From the human T2T-CHM13v2.0 reference genome, Homo sapiens: DNA of 64,000 nucleotides. The number at the start of each line of letters is the position of its first letter. The first letter of the stretch is position 1. Made by a program: the position numbers and the translations under genes. The stretch lies in the NCBI RefSeq assembly GCF_009914755.1, contig NC_060938.1; one strand, written 5' to 3'. The notes below the pieces were generated by a model that worked only from the letters and a program-made list of their open reading frames with translations, had not been told where the DNA came from and did no database searches. This document shows, piece by piece, positions 61,090-64,000 of this stretch.

Positions 61090-62170
61090 TCCCCCACGTC
61101 TCCCTCTACCGAGTAACAATCGGGAGAGAGTTCATCCTCAGGCCCAAGGCACGCCGGACCCGAGCGAGCAGGCGGGCGCGCAACCGCAGGGCGGACCGGG
61201 GCTCCGAGGCCTAGAGTCAGGCCTGGCGTCCCTGCGGCGGGAAGAAGGGTCAATCCACCGACTAGAGTGGCGGGGAGCATCACGCGGCGCTGCATGGGGC
61301 TCGTGGGGAGGGGAAAACGTATGGGGCTGGGGTCGCTCTGGAGGCCGGGGACTCGGACTCGGGTAGCCGCGGAGGCCTTTCTCACCATCGCGCCAAACTC
61401 TCTTCGCTACAGCAGCTGCCGACACCGCCGCCGTTACACGAGCTTAACTACAACGCCGCTAACAGCCAATCCTCGCGAGAGGAGCCGCCGGAAGTCGTCG
61501 AAAGTGCAACGCAAAAGAGCCTTTTGGATCATAGAGGCACAGTCACTTCCGGCAGCTAGAGCAGCTACTGACTCTGTTTCAGCCATCTTCGATAAAGGCA
61601 AAAAGGTAAGGGAAAGTTTCCAAGCTTTAGGAAGAATTATTTTTTTTCAAGACGCTGTCTTCCGTACTTTCGTTATTAAACATACGGCTCAAGTGATCAC
61701 CGGTATAGACAGTGACATGAGACATCTTTCATTAGCCCTACTCAAAAATGGCGGCAACGTAAGTATCCTGGGCCGGAGGTCGGTTGTAACCCGGAAGTGC
61801 CTTTGTAAAGGAGGGGGTGGTTAGACAATCCGGAAGTGGATGGAATGAAGAGATGCCACTTGGCGGCCATGGCAGCTGTAGTATCGGCGACTCCGGGTCA
61901 AGGCCCGGTCGAGTGCAGTACCATGGGCAGCACCGGGTATAGGGCAGAGACAGCTTTGTGTCAACTTTGCTGCTGAACCCCTAGGACCCATCGTTAGAGA
62001 CCTGCAGGACTCCTTTCCTCATCCCAGGCTCGGAGGAGAGTTTGCTGGGACTGGTGGGCTGGTTTCCTGCTCTGGGGGGCGGATCACCTTCGGGGCCGCC
62101 TCTTGGAGACAGGGGCGCCTAGGGAACGAACAGGTTCGCTTGAGTCACTTACCCGCCGCCGCCTAAGACA
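61090..62170. promoter_or_regulatory. CpG island / bidirectional promoter shared by ERH (-) and SLC39A9 (+)
   Basis: High CpG density between divergent ATGs (61388 and 62525); ETS/GABP motifs CCGGAAGT at 61488, 61545 (rev), 61791, 61830; YY1-like GCCATCTT 61582 and AAAATGGCGGC 61745; CCAAT 61466; CTCGCGAG palindrome (BANP/CGCG-like) 61472-61479. Confidence 0.9.
61386..61388 (-). CDS. ERH: ERH exon 1 coding part (initiator ATG only)
   Basis: ggcgcgATG|gtgaga on - strand; supplies Met1 so the spliced CDS is 315 nt (104-aa enhancer of rudimentary homolog). Confidence 0.95.
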
Positions 62171-62524
62171 TTGTGCCACCCTCAATCCGACAATCGAAGA
62201 AATCGATCATTCGCACATTTTCCCCATTGACTTTTCCCATCTCTGTTAACCCACGAGAATCTAATGACTGGCATCTGAGAACCCAGAGCCTGGGACCTTA
62301 GATTGCTGTAAGCTTTCTCTGGTGCTAATATCAGCAAAAAGGGTCTGTTGCCGGGTACGTTCAAGAGGAAGGTGCCTCGTGAACACATCTGCTGGTGGGA
62401 AGGCCTAAAGAACTGGAAAGCCCACTCTCTTGGAACCACCACACCTGTTTAAAGAACCTAAGCACCATTTAAAGCCACTGGAAATTTGTTGTCTAGTGGT
62501 TGTGGGTGAATAAAGGAGGGCAGA

Positions 62525-62620
62525 ATGGATGATTTCATCTCCATTAGCCTGCTGTCTCTGGCTATGTTGGTGGGATGTTACGTGGCCGGAATCATTCCCT
62601 TGGCTGTTAATTTCTCAGAG
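62525..62620 (+). CDS. SLC39A9: Zinc transporter ZIP9, first coding exon
   Basis: agaATGG Kozak context; [32 protein letters not shown] (hydrophobic first TM segment), then GAG|gtaaga donor; 96 nt. Confidence 0.95.
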
Positions 62621-62987
62621 GTAAGAAATTCTCAATTTTCTGTCAGCTGTCAGGATGGCTGTGAGATAGTAGTTTTAGTTGCAAAGGGAAGCTGCTTCCC
62701 TAGTTAAATCTCAAAGCTGAAGGTCTCATTAAGAAAGACTATCTTTTTTAAAAGATACATGACACTTAATAATAGAAAGAAACCTCATATTCATTAGTGG
62801 AATTCTTAACCTGGGGTGGATAGATATTCCACGGAAGATCCTGGAGTATTCTGAATCCCCTAGAATTGCTTACAAAAATTTGAGGTTCTGTGCATTTACC
62901 TGGAGAGAGGCACCATAACATTTCTTTTGATTCTCAGAGGTTTCATGGAATCAAGATTCCAGATTGTTATCAAGAAAATAAATGGAG

Positions 62988-63233
62988 GGCTGGGCGCGGT
63001 GGCTCACGCCTGTAATCTCAGCACTTTGGGAGGCTGAGGTGGAAGGATCGCTTGGGCCCAGGAGTTCTAGACCAGCCTGGGCAACGTGGCGGGACTTTGT
63101 CCCTACAAATGAGGCTGAGGCAGGAGGATCGCTTGACCCCAAGTGGTTGAGGCTGCAGTGAGCCGTGTTTGGGCCACTGCACTCCAGCCTGGACAGCAGA
63201 GTGAGATCCTGTCTCCAAAAAAGAAAAAAAAAG
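62988..63233 (+). mobile_element. Alu (internally deleted) in SLC39A9 intron 1
   Basis: Consensus; TSD AAATGGAG. Confidence 0.88.
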
Positions 63234-64000
63234 AAATGGAGAATGTTATTTTTCTACATGAACTGAAATCAATATAATAACTTCCTTTTGAGAAAGTCAA
63301 ACACACCTTTCTGAGGAAAGCTGTTTTGTTTTTTGGATGTCTGTACTAGAATGAATGTAAGAAAAAACTAAGATTGTTCTTAACTCACATTTCCTTTTAA
63401 AGAAGGGGAGCCTTGGAATTGATATTCTGAAGTTGTTTCAAATCTATTTGCTTAGCAATGAATTTTTGGTTAATACGTTTTGACATTTTCGTTAATTTGA
63501 TTGGCACCTTGAACAGACGTTAAGCGAGGGTCCCGGGAAGAGGGATAGATGAAAGCACTGTTCAGTGAACATGCTGATAGGTCCTTTAGGTAGGCAAAAG
63601 GAATTCACGAAGTGCACAGCGTTCAAAGATTTAGGGGGGAAAAACTACTACATTCAAAGGGAACAAGATTTCATGAGTTTGTCCTAGAGTTCAGCAGTAA
63701 AATAGGCCCTAGTTTCAGTGCCATTCCTGAAAGTACTTTCAAAGGAGGCCTGAAGTAGAAAGGAAAGGTATAAATGAAATATTAAGTACACCTTGAAGAA
63801 ACCTGAGGAAGAGGAGACATTACAGGTGAAAATAGCCTGTGGGTGGGAAAGAAGGTGGGACAAGGTGTTGTCAGTTTGAGGAAAAGTAAAGCCCATAGCC
63901 AGATGGAACAGATGCTTAAATTGTTGCTGTTCTTTTTCTGTTTCCTTTTTAATCTGTACCCCTCAGCATCTAATGATAGCATTTTAAAAAATTACGTGCA

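Noticed and set aside
61267-61824. 185-aa + strand ORF across the bidirectional promoter
   Set aside because: Starts at GTG, runs through TF motifs and two splice donors, no recognisable domain; open frames are expected in CpG islands

Overview
Repeat-rich primate (human-like) genomic DNA, recognisable as the GALNT16 - ERH - SLC39A9 locus (human 14q24.1, from recall). It contains the last six coding exons and 3'UTR of GALNT16 (+, 1737-~17580) and a ~25 kb intergenic stretch. It also holds the complete four-exon ERH gene (-, CDS 61388->43684; 3+88+121+103 = 315 nt = 104 aa + stop) and the first coding exon of the zinc transporter SLC39A9/ZIP9 (+, ATG 62525). ERH and SLC39A9 share a CpG-island bidirectional promoter. 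All exon calls were checked by hand for GT-AG boundaries and phase continuity. Most ORFs in the supplied track are Alu/L1 or GC-rich artefacts. I found no convincing new multi-gene system. The best unexplained signals are: a strong-Kozak uORF ending in CQLCC plus an MRE-like motif in the ZIP9 leader; a scrambled inverted duplication at 39.7-39.9 kb; a ~95-bp X-box-containing duplicate inserted into an old L1; and a candidate cryptic exon and extra poly(A) sites downstream of GALNT16. Repeat family names are by eye and their coordinates are approximate.
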